Shown here: piece by piece, positions 25,372 to 39,798 of the stretch
Layout: each line of letters starts with the position of its first letter
How positions within the stretch are numbered: position 1 is the stretch's first letter
NCBI GenBank assembly: GCA_964106645.2
Contig: OZ067046.1
DNA from: Podarcis pityusensis
Lineage: Eukaryota
DNA length: 64,000 bases
Strand: one strand, 5' to 3'
Translations under genes and position numbers: made by a program
The notes under the pieces: model-generated
The model's input: the letters and a program-made list of their open reading frames with translations, nothing else
The model's database searches: none
Told to the model about the DNA's origin: nothing

Positions 25372-27319
25372 GTATGTTACAGCAGTAAAGGTTATCTCTA
25401 TGGCAAAAAAGAATAGTTGGGTGCAAAACAGGGGAGTATTGTCCTTTCTGTCAGAAAGTCAAAAGTTTGTACCAGGTGTGTGGAAAGTCTTATGTACCTG
25501 AGAAATCAAAGGATGGACAGATAATCTACTCCAATTACTGTTTGTCTGAACATTTATACCCCACCTTGCTATGATACAATCTGACTCAATAGAAAATAGA
25601 AAACGAGCATTACAATACATTCCCAATATCGCTTAGAACAAGCCCTTTGCAGCTGTTGGGAAAATAACTGTAAATATCAGCAGGGGGTCTCTTGCTGGCT
25701 GCAGCTCCAATTAACTGCACGGTGAGTGGAGGAGGCAGCTGTAGTGAAGAAAATGCCTAACTGGGGAGTAGTTAATTAAACAATTCAGGAGGAGGGGGTA
25801 AAATGGTGTGTTGGGCTTTCCTGGACACTTGCAGTTTGGAATAATTACTACTCTAATACGTATTCACACACTCTCTTTTTACTTAATAGCCACTAATTGA
25901 ATAAGGTCCAAGAGCTACGTCTCTGCAGTCACAGAGGGAATCCCTTCTGTCCCTGTGCTTTGATTGTTAACATAGGCCTGATCTAGCCCTATTAGCATAG
26001 TGCTCTGCGATGCAACCTGGCTTTTATTACCAAGATTTCTGTGATGCAATTAATTTTTGAAGTGCCTGGGAAAATCTCCTGCACAATCAGCATGGTTGAT
26101 TGGACTCCAGGAGGCAGTTATTAGGCACCTTTAATTTATCTTCTGTATACAGACCATATTTTTTCATAATGATCCCCAGTGGATGGTGGACAAATTTAAT
26201 ATAAGACAGAGCCTACTTCCTGGTTTTACACTCATCTGTGATGTGCTAATTTTATCAGAGCCAAAAAGGTGCTGAATTCAGCACTTTCCCCAATCACCTA
26301 ACATGCCCCTAAAGTAGTAAGTAATCTAAGCCTTTCTTAGAGCTGGGGTGGTTTATTTCCTTCCCATTGGGATGCAAATCGTAAGTTTTTATTTATTTAT
26401 TTAGAAGGGAAAAAGATACAGCTTTCCACATACATATAATTGGCCATTATGAGAAGAGGATGCTGAAGTAGATGGGGAAGAGCTGGGTAGGGGTTTGGAC
26501 AGGTGGATCAGGCACTTGCGGTTTTCCCTCCTTCTACACACACACACACACTCCTAGAAATGCAGACTTAATTTTTTTGAAAATACTTTGATATTTAAAT
26601 TAATAATGATTTTCCTGTTGCATATGAGCAGCCATTCCTTTCCCTAAGCCATGTGCCTAGGTTCAGACCTCACAACAAGCTGCTGTTACTCCAGAATGGA
26701 AACAAAAGCCTTCCAATTCCTTGTGATATCACTGGAAGTGGAGTGGGTAGCACAAACCCAAGCGCCACTGCATCTTGTCCTTGTAACACTAAACCATGAT
26801 TTAACGTTGTGTGCAAACACACAGATAATGTTTCAGTAAGGCTGCAAGGAAATTATGCCAGTATTTTAGGCTTCACCCTAATAGACTATTTAGTACTGTG
26901 TTTTAAGAGTACTGGTGCCCAGTTTTTGGAAAGGTGAAAATTAGCTGTAATGTGGTGCTTTACATTTGTGGAAAAGTACTCTGGGCTGGGATAAACATAT
27001 GTCCCATGAGAACCAATTGTAATCCTTTCATAGGTGCCAACTTCCTGGGTGCCCAGGCACCCACAAATTTTGGTCGCGGAGCCAGGTTGACACTCCTGAA
27101 CCCGCTCATTTTCCAGATAAGAATATATGCAGACAAGATTTTGCAACAACAGAGAAACCATTCCATTTAATGCGAAAATCAAAAGCTGCTGAGCGTATGT
27201 AGCTAGAACTATATTTTATGAAACCTAATGCAAAGAGATTAAAAACACACTTATAGGGTATGGAAAGTGAGCAGACATTTGGGAGAAGAGACTTTTAAAG
27301 TTCCTTACATTTTTTCTAG

Positions 27320-27393
27320 GAAGAATTCTGGTTTCACACCAGCAGATACAGTGGCTATTATCTTCTGCTCTACGCACAAATCTCTGACTTTGG
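27320..27393 (+). CDS. SLC10A7: SLC10A7 exon 10 equivalent, (R)[24 protein letters not shown](G)
   Basis: tttttctag|GAAGAAT...ACTTTGG|gtaagt; 74 nt, phase 2/1. Contains the conserved [11 protein letters not shown] motif. Confidence 0.96.
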
Positions 27394-30048
27394 GTAAGTC
27401 TTTACTAGAGGTTGAGTTCAACTTTTCAGTCTAATCACACTGCTCCTTATACTTCACTTTGTTATGAAAGTGGTTTTCTGATATTCTGTTATCAGTTCAG
27501 CAATATGACAAGATGTAGTATAAAAGCCTAGCATTAATATTAGTACATTCATGAGAACACTTTCGCAATGGGCAAGTAAATGTTTCCTAAGAGGAAGACA
27601 ACATAGTCTTCTCCTCTGGGAATTTAGTAATTGTATTGCAGTGCCATTAATCTGTTCCTTCTTTAGAGAAAGTGATGTGATTTTTTTCTTTGTTTTTGAT
27701 GTTCTCTTTCTCTAATCTAATATTGATAAAGTTTGTGGTTCATTTCAGATTATGTTCTGAGTTATTACAACACAGTCAAACAGCAAAATTATTATAGCTC
27801 AAAACTGTAATGCACAAAGCATTTACAATATAAAGAAACATAAATAAAGACAGCAGTGTTTTATCAAATATCAGTGTATTTATCCTAAGCAGTCTCTGGA
27901 CTATGTGTTTATTAATTACAATTCAGTTTTCAAAGATCATTGACTTACTAGTCACTCAAAATTCCCTTGCAATAACATTTGTTATGGTAGATATGTACAA
28001 TAAATTTAATTAAAATATAGTTGTACTTTGAGTGGGAAGACACTGCTGAACATTGCATTTATTTCCTGTGATTTATGGTGATTAGCGAAGATCAAAATAA
28101 GAATTTTTAATATAAATATTTGTCATACCCTACTTTCTCACAGTGGGTGGCATTCAATAATGTCCACTTGCATGAAAAAGCCACTTGTGCAAAGGGGACT
28201 TCTCATTTCCCCCCTTCCTCATCCCCAGAATCTGCTTCACAAGGTCCTTCAACCCTCTGTGGCAGATTTGGGGGGCACATGTCTGCTTGCATTGCCTTTG
28301 CCGGTGTTTGCGTTCCTTCTGGTGCCCCTCATTCCATCAAAGCTTCTATTTCCTGAAGGAAGCCTTCTTTCTTCAAGTAGCTTGCTTGACTCTGCTCATT
28401 AACCACATTGATGCCATCTTGGTGATCCCTTTACTGATGTGTAGCATATACTCTAGCAGAGCTGCTATTATTGTGCTTTTGAATAACTCCACCACTATCA
28501 GTTGCAGACTAATGTTGCAATATCCAAAACAAGAAAGGTACAATGACCGCTCAAACCTATTGAGTGTTTTCTTCAAAGTAAGTCCCAGTAGGGCTTTCTT
28601 CAAAATGCATGTGCAATCTAACTCATTGCAGCTAAAAATGATGGTGATGTAAAACAGAGAAATATGCCATATAAGCTGGGACCTAATATATATTTGGGCT
28701 GGGTAACTGAAAACATTTTTGGAAATGAACTTTTTAAAATTGCCATTGGAAGCGCCCTTGGAGATTCCATATGCAAAAACATGGCACTTAGAAGTACACC
28801 ACTGTCTATCAGCCCTTTTCAATTGGAAAGAACACCTCATTATACGGTAATTAATATTTGGCATTTTCTCCAAATATAACCACAAGTCAGTGTTCCGGGA
28901 AGCTGATGAAAAGTTTACCCAGCAATAGAGAGCGGTAGCCCTAGGGAAAATATTTGCAAATGCACCCAATTTATTCTTATGTTGGCGTCAAAGAGGGCTT
29001 CAGTATCTTTCAGACCTACATGTCAAGATCACTCAATGTGGACCTTTTTGGGATGGTGTATTTGTTCCATAAGACTCATCTGTTGACTACATGTGCTGAT
29101 ATAGGAAAGATCCCCAAATATCTATCCACCTTTCTGGCCTTGTTAGCACACAACTCCAATGTATTGCATTAATTAAATCAATTGGTTTTGAGATGGAACC
29201 ATTGCTAGGCACTTTGCAATCTCTCTCACTGTTGTTTCCTAACCCACAGTAAGTCCTACGTTAAATTTACAGCAAACTCCTCGGTGTTAAGACATCCAGT
29301 GCTAGAGGTGGAAATGTGGCATTCTAAAAAACCACTTCCGCTTTCTGTGAATCATATGGATGCATCACTTGAAGAAGAAAAAAAGAAGAGGTGGATAATA
29401 TGGGTGGCCAATATCATGATCATCATCATATACTGTGTTCTTGGACACGTTGCATGTATAGGGAGCCCTATATCAAGTAGAAAAAGATAAATTGGTTGTG
29501 TTTTAGTATCTACATTTGGTAGTTGTTAGGGCCTAAATAATTTCCAAATGAACTTATAAAGAAGGAAGGCTAGAGAACTAGCAGCAAGACAAAGGGGTCT
29601 GAATCGAAAAGCTATGAAAAGGGGTGAACATTTACAACAAGCACCAGATTTTCTACTCAAGAGAGACCACGGAGGAACACTTGTGAGTTTCCACTTTCCA
29701 AAGCAAAAGCAATTAGTATGCTTTGTAGCAATAATGATAAAGCAGTTGTTGTTGGCATCTGTTTTGTCTTGAGAGATGAGTGCACCTCCAGGAGTGAAGT
29801 CAAACTGCGATAGCACCCCCAGGGCGCAAGCCTGGCCATCATGTAAGGAGGTCCGGGGCTGCTCAGACGACAAGGACACCCATCCCTTTTCGGCCTCACT
29901 GATGTGATCCAAAGGAAAGGAAAGCAATACATTTGGCACCAGCTTGGCTGCAGGAGTTGCCAGAAGGAGGGCAGATGCAAAGGACAAGCCTTTTCAGTGG
30001 TGATGCCAGTATGTCTGAATGGCCTTCCTGGGAAGACCCAACAACCTA

Positions 30049-30306
30049 CCGTATTTTTTGCTCTATAAGACTCACTTTTTCCCTCCTAAAAAGTAAGGGA
30101 AAATGTGTGTGCGTCTTATGGAGCGAATGCAGGCTGCGCAGCTATCCCAGAAGCCAGAACAGCAAGAGGGATTGCTGCTTTCACTGTGCAGCGATCCCTC
30201 TTGCTGTTCTCGCTTCTGAGATTCAGAATATTTTTTTCTTGTTTTCCTCCTCCAAAAACTAGGTGCGTCTTGTGGTCTGGTGCGTCTTATAGAGCGAAAA
30301 ATACGG
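30049..30306. mobile_element. Tc1/mariner-pogo-type MITE
   Basis: Terminal inverted repeats (TIRs) CCGTATTTTTTGCTCTATAAGAC / GTCTTATAGAGCGAAAAATACGG; TA duplication at 30047-48 and 30307-08. Confidence 0.9.
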
Positions 30307-32835
30307 TAATCACTTCCCCTTTTGAGACAGGATCTGAAAAGGTGTTGTTGTTTTTGGACAGACTTTTAATAATGTTGAAGTATCCTTTAAGTTGTTTTGG
30401 TTTTAATATTGAATTCCCCCCTTCTGTTGCAGATTTTTTAACTTGTGCCTTGTTCATTTTGATCCCTGTATGCTGCCTTCGGTGCAGATACTATAGAAAA
30501 TATTTAAGTTTTATTTTTAAGAGATCTTGTCCATGAACAGCAAAAGTCTTGCACCAGCTAAGTGATTTGAGTTTTTACCTCACTGGAAGTATCAGCTGAT
30601 CAGGTGGTTATGCTAGCTAAAACCTCTATTGCAGAGTAAGAGACAGAAGAGGTGAATGTCTGCCATTGTCTTTAGATGCCATTATGGGCAGAGAGCTCCT
30701 GAATAAGCATGCGGTTACTGACATAAGATGGATTGCACCAGCAGCTTCTCTACAAATTTCCTTGTTTAATTACATTTTTTTAAGAAAAGTGAAAATAGAA
30801 GAAAGTAATATGAGAAAGACTGAGGAAAGAGAAGAGAAGAAGAAAGATGGATTCTAGTGGCTAAGAAATAAAAGTGGGTCCCTTGGTTGCCAGCTGGGGT
30901 TTATTGTTGATCCGAAAAAGGTAGATTGCTGTGTTACAAATTTCCTAAGTACTGTACTCTGATGTAAAATTCTCTATATTTAGAAAAGTAATTTTTTGTC
31001 ATGGAATTTACCAGAGGTCCTAGTCAGGAAGCTTTGGAATAATTGTGAAAGCATGTTTAATCTGCCAGCTTTTTAGAGCAGATTTGTTTGTGGTGTGTTT
31101 TCTAAGGTTTTAGGGGACGCAATGGGACAAGATGCTGCAGTTGGGGGGGGGGGGAGTATAAATGGAATATCTGGATTGAGGCCCCTGACAACATGGGAGT
31201 GATGCTTTGTCTAAAGTCACATTGTTCTGGAATAGTAATTAAGTTAATCTACTATCATCTGTTCCCAAGGCTAGGTCTTTCTACCCAGGAAACCAACAAG
31301 ACTTTTGCTGCCGACTTCATAATGAATGACAACTTGTCTGTTGTGGTGTTCCACTGTAATTTACCTGAACAGATTTAGGAGAGAAGCAAGATTCTGTTTT
31401 TAACACTTGTGTTTGAATATTTAAGGGCACCAGTGAACTTCAGGGCCTTCTTTTAAGTCCGCTGTGAAGATGTTTTTATCTGCCTTCAAAACTCCAGCAC
31501 CACTAAGCAAACAAGAGCACTTAGGGGCCTCCTGCAACAAAAGCCATTTCACTTGGAGCTTAAACTGATTTTTCACATTCTGGCATGTGAAGCCTCCACA
31601 GGGTGCCTTGCGTCCATTCCCTGGGGAGTGCAGCATAGCACCAGCAGAGGAGGAGGAAAGATGACAGCTTTGAAGCCTTAGAAGTGGTAATAAGAGAAGC
31701 ATGAGAAGACTCTTGTAAGGCACTTCTCCCACACCGTATTATGAAACCAACTAATTCCCACATGCGGCATGCTCAGGAGGCCATCTGCCACTTCCTCTGC
31801 TTGGATCCACGAAGAAGCTCTCACTCAACACTGAGACAAGCACAGTTCCCTCCCATATGTTGGGTTTCCTTCTGTAGACAGAACAGTTGATGTACCTGCA
31901 TTTCCTCAAGGCACAGGGTGCATAGGTTGAATTTGTATGGATCAAAACACACACACACTCAAAAAAAAACACCATACAGTCCTCTTACATTGCTCCTTGG
32001 TATATTTCATCTAATAACATCAGTTTTGATAGAAACTGAACTCCGCTCATTCTTTTTAACAAGAATGCATAATTTCTGCCGTGACATCACTTTTATTTGT
32101 ATTTTGTTTAACTAATTAGGGATATAAAATCTCACTAGTGAAGATAAATGTGGCACCTGAGAATTCCCTCAGGCATATTTGCTCTCATTTTGTTCTTTCT
32201 CTCCCTGCCTCTTTGGAACATGCATGCCTAGTACATGCAAGCACATGAAACACAAGACATTTGATGCATAGCTTTTATTAGTGTATTTGCCATTGATTGA
32301 TTAGTGCTTAGTATTAGTACTTCTTCTATTGATTGATTGCAGATGAAGTGACTATTTGACCTTTAATTATAAGCTTGGCTATTGAAAATGACATTGAGCT
32401 ATGGCTTCACATAATCCATCTGGAAACCCTGACATGATGTCATTCCCTGGGGTTAATTCTGCGGGAGAAGGGAGGCCTAGAGGAAGTACCGCAACTATCA
32501 GGATGGTTCATCTAGAACAATACTGCAGGCTTTGTTGCCTGCAGTTGATGTGCAGCCCCAGCGCTTTGGAGAAGTTAATTTGCTTATACTATAGAGATGA
32601 AACTGCCTGCTACAAGTTGCCAGTTCACAATGAGTACAGCATATTACCCAGAAATTCAGAGGATGGAAAACCCATTTTAAAGTTACCATTCATTACAGTG
32701 TTTGGACCTGCAGTGTATAAATACTAGAAATAATGATGTTGTTACATGGTTATTCGTGTATTTAGCTTTTTAAAAATAATTGAAATTGGTGAGACTTGCA
32801 AGTGTTTAACTTAGGCTGGATTGCACCCAAACATT

Positions 32836-32903
32836 TTCCTGCTTGGCAGGGGGTTGAACTCGATGGCCCTTGTGGTCTCTTCCAACTCTATGATTCTATG
32901 ATT
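32836..32903 (+). mobile_element. CR1 3' terminal fragment
   Basis: gggggttgaactcgatggcccttgtggtctcttccaactctatgattctatgatt (hairpin plus ATTCTATG octamer tail). Confidence 0.85.
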
Positions 32904-34740
32904 TTAGTTTTAATACCAGGAATAAGTAATCATGCCTTCCAGGTTTGCATGTTGAATATATATGATCAGCAAAATATCAATAATTACCATGTTATGAGCT
33001 TTGCCTGAGCTTTCTGATTTGGCTAATAGAACAGCCTAATGTGTCTGAAGAATTGCAAAGAGGTTTTTCTCCTAGCATGGATTTAAGGAGCTTCCTTATA
33101 TGAATAGACAATAAGATTATATTATTTCGCACAGATTAAATGGAGTTGGTTGTTGTAGTCTCTGAAACACTTGCAATTTTATCTTAACTCTATTGAATCA
33201 TGGCCTAATTTGGGGATAGGCATGGTGAATATCCCATTCTTTTACAGAAACCTAGAGTGGGTATCAAAGAGGTCTCCCTACCTCTCCAAGTGTGAAATCA
33301 CTGTTGTTCCAACTTGTCAACTTTCTCAGCACCGTGTTGTTCTGTGCTTATGCTAACACTAGTCAGGGTCACACATCTTTTTATTGCTGTCCTCACTTTA
33401 CTTGCTCCTTGCCTAGTGCAAAGAGGGAAGGAAAGTTAGCTCGTCATTCCGGTTAGATGCATTCCAGCTAGATGCTGGCTGGTCTGAGTGCACAATCAAT
33501 CCAAGCTGTTGCTTTGGGCAGTAGTTTTAGGGGTATCACTGAAGAAGTGGGTGATTAGGTTGGGATGCCCTCCAGATCCTTTGCAGTCATCCAAAGGATA
33601 ACTGGGGTACAGCTTTACACCAGGAGTAAAGCTTGTCTTCTCAACCTAGTATTTCTTAGCTTGCTGGATTAATCACTGTTATAGGTGCTACAACAGTATA
33701 CAGTTATAAGCAATGAATGACGTATGGGGAAATTTAAGAGTAAATAGTAAAGAGAAATGGTTATATGGGAGACGTGAGTAAACAGTGTGTGATATTGGAC
33801 ACATTAATTAATTGCCTCCCCCCACCTATAAACATATGGGATGATACCTCCTAATTGGTGGAATCTGTTATTTATTTGACCTGGAATGTAGGCTCTCTGG
33901 ATTAAACCTTTGACGTGGGCAGGAACACCATCACCAGAGTGCCTCCCTGATGTTCTCAATTCATCTCTGCAGTCTGCTTGTAGTAGATTTTGAATTAATA
34001 TTTAGAAAGCTTGCCTGCAGCAATACTAAAATGTGCATCAGAGAACAACAGTTGTTTACTGTGTTTGAACTGAAGAATCTCACCCAGGAGATCACATTCA
34101 CTTGAAGTTTACATCTCTCAATCTCAGCTTGCAAAAGGGGGATCAATGAATAACAATTGTCATTTCAGAATTGCACCTCTCCAATTATTTATTTGGTTGT
34201 GTGTCTTCCCAGATATACATTTAATTGGATCAGACACTAAAAACCAGATTGCAGCTTTTCAATGACAGCAGCAAGTTCATGCCTCTTTATATATCTCTCT
34301 TCTTTAAAATCTCATATCCAGATGTAAAACGATAATGACACAGGAGACCATATTACTGTCTCACTCACCCGAAGTGCAGTTAAAGTTAATTTATCTACTT
34401 TAAAAAATGGCATTATACCTAGCAGATTATTGACAGGTCACCCACGAGGAAATCCCAGTTTGCTCATGATTCAACATTCCTTTATCCCAAACTGGTGTAG
34501 GCTACAGATGTCTCCTACACACAGGCTTTAAGATGTTTGAAAGCATCATATCTGTGTAGTACGCAAAGTGCAGGCGGATCAGGTGGGAAGCCATCCCACT
34601 GCACTGCAGGTGGACCTAAACACCCCCCCCCCCGCTTTTTTTCAATGGACACCACTTTCCTTTTTCACCAATTCTGAGTGTTGTTTCTGTTCAAGTACTT
34701 AAAACCCAAGTTCTTGAAAGAGCACCTTCACCAGTACTTG

Positions 34741-35616
34741 GCAGTGTACTCTGAGGAAACTTTACAGAGTCTCATCAACCATTTTGCCCAAGCCTGCTGG
34801 GAGTTCAGCCTTACCATAAGCCTGATGAAGACCAACATCCAGGGTCTGAATGTTGCCAGCACTCCACCCATCAGCATTGATGACCACACGCTTGAGGTGG
34901 TAGACAATTTTTCTACCTGGGTTCTACCATAACCAGCAACTTCTCCATTGACACTGAGCTTGGCAAACGTACTGGCAAGGCAGACCAGGCTTGTGTGTTG
35001 AGTACACCACTTTAAGGAAGTGAATCATGGGCAACTTAACCAGGAGCAATGCCTTTCACATGTGCTGCATCAGGAAGATTTGGGGCATGGCATGGCAGGA
35101 CAGAGACTCAAACAAAGATATGCTCTTTCAAGCCCACATTCCCACATTTTTGTACACCTGCCTCAGTGGCATCTACACTGGCTTGGACATGTCCACAGAA
35201 CGCAAGATGGAAGGATCCCCAAGGATGTACTCTACGGGGAAGTGGCTTCAGGCACCAGTCCCATTTTCAGACCAACTGATGTCTGCAAACAAGACATGAA
35301 GGCTGGCAACATCAACCCTGCCATGTGGGAATCCCTTGCAGACAGTTGCAGTGCCTGGAGACAAACAGTCAAGTTGTGTATCCACAGCAGTGACCAGAGG
35401 AGGAATGACTGCTGGGAGGAGCGCAGAGAGAAGAAACGCCATGGTGCATCTGCAGAAGCCCAACCAGATGCCTTCATCTGCCCCAGCTGCAACAAAACAT
35501 GGCTTTGATATCAGTCTCTACAGCCACAGCAGGCACTGTAATTCTCTCAACAGATTGACTTCACTTACAAAGGCGCAAGCCTCCATTGTTTCCCAAGACA
35601 GATGGATGCCAACAAC
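34741..35616 (+). mobile_element. RTE-clade LINE 3' part, degraded and internally deleted
   Basis: SEETLQSLINHFAQACWEFSLTISLMKT; WLGHVHRTQDGRIPKDVLYGE; terminal zinc-finger remnant FICPSCNK; 3' end ctccattgtttcccaagacagatggatgccaacaac. Confidence 0.88.
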
Positions 35617-38600
35617 TCTGAAATTCCAGTAATGTATATAGGATGACTACAGAGCTATACCACAGCAAATGGCTTCTGTTCTGGATTGCAACTGGAGTAA
35701 GGATCCCCCTCCCCCACAAAAAAAACCCCCAAGGCTGATTGATTCACCAACATTCTTTTATTCTTTTTTGAGCTTGTTTGTTATCCGGTCACATATATGT
35801 GAATGAATCTTTCTCTAAAGTCTCACATATGGTCTAAAACCTTAAGTCATTAAAAAAAAAAAAAATGCCTGATACGTTCTGATTTTTATCTATATTGTGT
35901 TGCCAAACAGGAAGGATTCTAAGCATTCAAATTAAATAACAATGTAAAACCCATTTGGAACATTTATGATGTTTGTAACATAAGATGTATCAATTGATAA
36001 GCAGTTGGGATGAATTTTTATTTTCTGCGTAACTGATGTAAAAGTTTGCCTTTTATGTCATTTTATTTCTTGCGCTACCTCAAATTGTGTAAAATTACTG
36101 AAATAAACATATTACTGGAGATACAAGTTTCAAGGGTGTATAACTCAATCCCATAGAAGTTTTGTTGGGGAGTGAGAGTTGTATCTCATGAGAAGGAAAC
36201 CAATGGTGTTTTAGTTCTCTGTTTCTAAGATGTATATTTTCTGTGTACTGTCATTTAACCATATAGTATTTGAATTCATGTCTTATTCTATATATACCAA
36301 CTGAGTTCCTTCAGTCGCTAACATAATGGTTCAAACAGCTGGAAAGTTTGGTTGTTAGCAATGAAGCCAGAGCTATGCTTGTGTAAGAAATGAGGGCACT
36401 GCCTGTGTGCGCAGTCACTTAATATTAACTAAGGCAGTCACCATCTGAGTGGTACTAAACCACGATAAGCTACCACTCATAGCACATGTACTGTTGTCCC
36501 ATTTTATGGCCCACACAACTTTTAAAATCAATCTCATCGTGACTTGATTCATTTTTTAATTCTCTGTTAACTAATTGCTACTACAACACAGTCAGACAGG
36601 TGTAGGTGTTTTTGAATCTGAGGCTGGCATCTTCAGATGTTGGCATTAAATGTTTCATCGTTAGCATCTGGAGAGAGTGCTCAGACCATCCATTAAACAT
36701 CATTTCCAAGCTGTGCAAACCCACTGGAAAAAAACAAGGAATAGATCGAACACTTGTATCCTTTTCATTTTTTCATTTACTTTAAAAGAAAACAGCACCA
36801 GGAAGTGCTAAACTTTCCCCTCTTTCTACTGCTTTTCCCTTTTATATTGAGCATCCTTTTTGTGGCAATGTGAACATTGTGAACCAGTGACCTGAACCTA
36901 TTGTTAGTGAGAAACACGCTTAGGACAATGTACATCTTTCCCTTGTTTTCCCCAAGTGTTATGAAGGCCTTGCAGTTAATCTGGGATTCAGAATCATTAC
37001 TTCTTACAGAGAGTATTTTTAGGCACATGATATTATCAAGTTTCTCATGCAAAAACTTTGAGAAGGAAGATCAGCAAAATAAAAAGAAAAGCTATTTCTT
37101 TCACTCTTTCATTTACAGAAAAGCATTTCTTCCCTAACAGAAAAAGAAAACAAAAGAAACTTAACAAGGAAATTTGCTCTCATACAAAAAGCCATGGGGA
37201 AGGAAAATGTGATTGTCTTTCAACCAGTAGAAAAAATATATATTTGGGGTGTGTTTGTGTGTGTGTGTAATCACCAGCCTCCTCACTGCCACTGCCCCCT
37301 GCAATTTTTTCTGGCCCTCGCAAAATCCTACTGATTTTAATGGTGGTGACAAAAAGAAAACTGAACTTAATAGTAAACACAGTTCTGCTTTAATCAACTT
37401 AGTCCAGCCCTAGTGCCTTGATGGCCAGTTTAAAACCCCTCCTCCATTCTCATCAGATTTCACATTTGATGGGCAGAGAGGGGTGAAAACCCTCTTCCTC
37501 AGATGATCTGCTCAGACAATGTGAGGCAGAGAGCTGTGTAACTCTGTATGTGAGTCCTCTGTCTTGCACTTGGATTTGTTCTGCATGTGTATGGGGTACT
37601 TGTGAGTGCACACAAGAGTGAGTGTGGGCGGCACTCACTTTTAGCCACATCTTCTACTGGCATTCAGCCCCTAGAGGGTTGGCCAAAGGTGAATTGTGCT
37701 CTCTGGCAAACAAAAAAGCAAAACAAAAAACCCACCCCTGCTCTGAATCCCAGGCTTCGTGTTCACAGCCTCTGTCTTTCACAAGAGTTCTGTCTCAGGA
37801 CAGAAACAAACCTTTGGTGAAACTTGGATTTCTTCCAACAATAGTATTCCCCCATGTTGTCTTTTCCCTGTCCACTGTACGTTTAAGGAAACTTGTTTGT
37901 TTCCTTGTCATGTTGCACGTTTTCCCCAGTCTCACTCTGCATCAGCCACTAGTGGCAAAACAAAAAATTCAATGTGATGACATCAGGACATGGGAGCCTG
38001 ATCCTGTTTTCATATACTTCTTTCTCCTAATGTGTAGTTCCAAAGAAAGAGTTTCAGAATTGCTGTTACATTCTGTCATTAAATATTAGGGTAGGAGTAT
38101 TTTTTTAGCCTTAATGGAAGTGTTTCATGCTCCCCCCCCCCCCCATACTGTTCCAGAGGTGGTTTTCGTGTTGGTGTCTTTCTGTATTGATTTTTGAAAT
38201 TAAATGTACTGAGGAAATATTTATATTACAGCTTACAAAAGCAAAACTCCTACTTTTGCATAGATCCATCAGGACGTTTGTGGCCTAAATAATCCTAGTT
38301 GATTCTGATTTCTCACAAACACTTCAATGAAACATCATCATATAAGGCAGTTTATGTTGCATTGATGGATGGCTACCTTCCAGCCATCAACAAATTCTCT
38401 CATTAATACTTACTGATCTATTGATGGGTTTTGATGCAGTCACCCATAAATGTACACTAGTGGCTAGTATTGATGGAAATACACTTAGGGGACTTTGCTG
38501 CATTGCTTTTTGAGACACCCCAGATTATAGAGAGATTGTTAATAGCGCCTCTGTAAATGCACATTCCCACAGTTCAACTTTGCCTAGCCGCCTGGGATGA

Positions 38601-39798
38601 ATCATAAGGCAAAGTAGACTCAAATGCCAGTCACATAGACAAATTATTTCGTCTGAGGGTGTTTTCACAGACACACTTCAGTCTGTAACATAACTAAGCT
38701 GTAGCATGACCCAGAAAGAGCAGCATGGCTTTTTATCCTCAACCATTGTAGTTAGTGTGGCCATCATTGTGGGATCCACTCTATGGCACTTAGACTAGCC
38801 TTCCCCAATCTGGTGCCTGCCAGATACTTTGGATCACAACTCTCATTGGCTAGCATGATCAGTGGTCAGGAATGATGAGGCTGGTTGTCCAGCAACATCT
38901 GGAGGGCATCTCATTGGCTACCCCTTCAGGGAAAGGGAATGCAAAAGACTTGTGCTTTTTAGAAGACACTACATTGAACTTCTTCCTTTTCATTCCTCCT
39001 CAATTTGACCCCAGTGTTAAGTGCGTGTGAAACAAATTGGTTAGTGCAGCCAAATAACTTCTAATTTTTGTTTGGAGTTCCAGTTTTCTAAAAGGCTTGT
39101 GGTTCACTACAATCATGTGTAAGTCTGTATAACCAAGTGACACTTTTTACTGCTATGAAGCCTAGATTGTGCAGGAAAGGGGGAAAAACACTATTCAATA
39201 GGTTGTTTTTCTGTGCCCGCAGCAATATTATTTCTAAGTGGGGTAAGGGTCGCAGGCTATTGTACAGCAGGAGGATTTTCCTCCCTCAGTACATCCGTGT
39301 TACATGAACACACCTTATATTTTTCTGTAATGCCCAAACTGTAAGTAAAATATCTCTGTGTACATAAATGATTGGACGTGTGAGAGACTTCTAAAATGAA
39401 TTGTTGGTTTGGATCTGTATAGGGAAAAGAAACCTAAATGCTGGAGTAAGAAAGAGCAACATCTAGCAAATTTGGGGGGATGTGTGACTTCTTTGAAGGA
39501 TAACCAATATTTCGGTGGTAACAAAGAGAAGTTTTCTCAAATCATAGCAGTTCCAAGCAGCAAGTGACAAATGCTACTCTGAGGAAAGCACAGAGATTCA
39601 AGGAGCATAAAATAAACATATTAAAACAGGGGGTGGGAGACCTGAGCTCCCGCTCTTACTTTTTTATCCTTTCCATCCTGGGTATAGGATAAAAGAAAAC
39701 TCTTGGTTCCTTGTTAAAGAAAAAAAAAGCTCTTACTTGAAGTTCTTGCTTGGCAGATGTCAGTTGAAAGCTCAGCGAAGGAATAGGCTGCAATGTCA

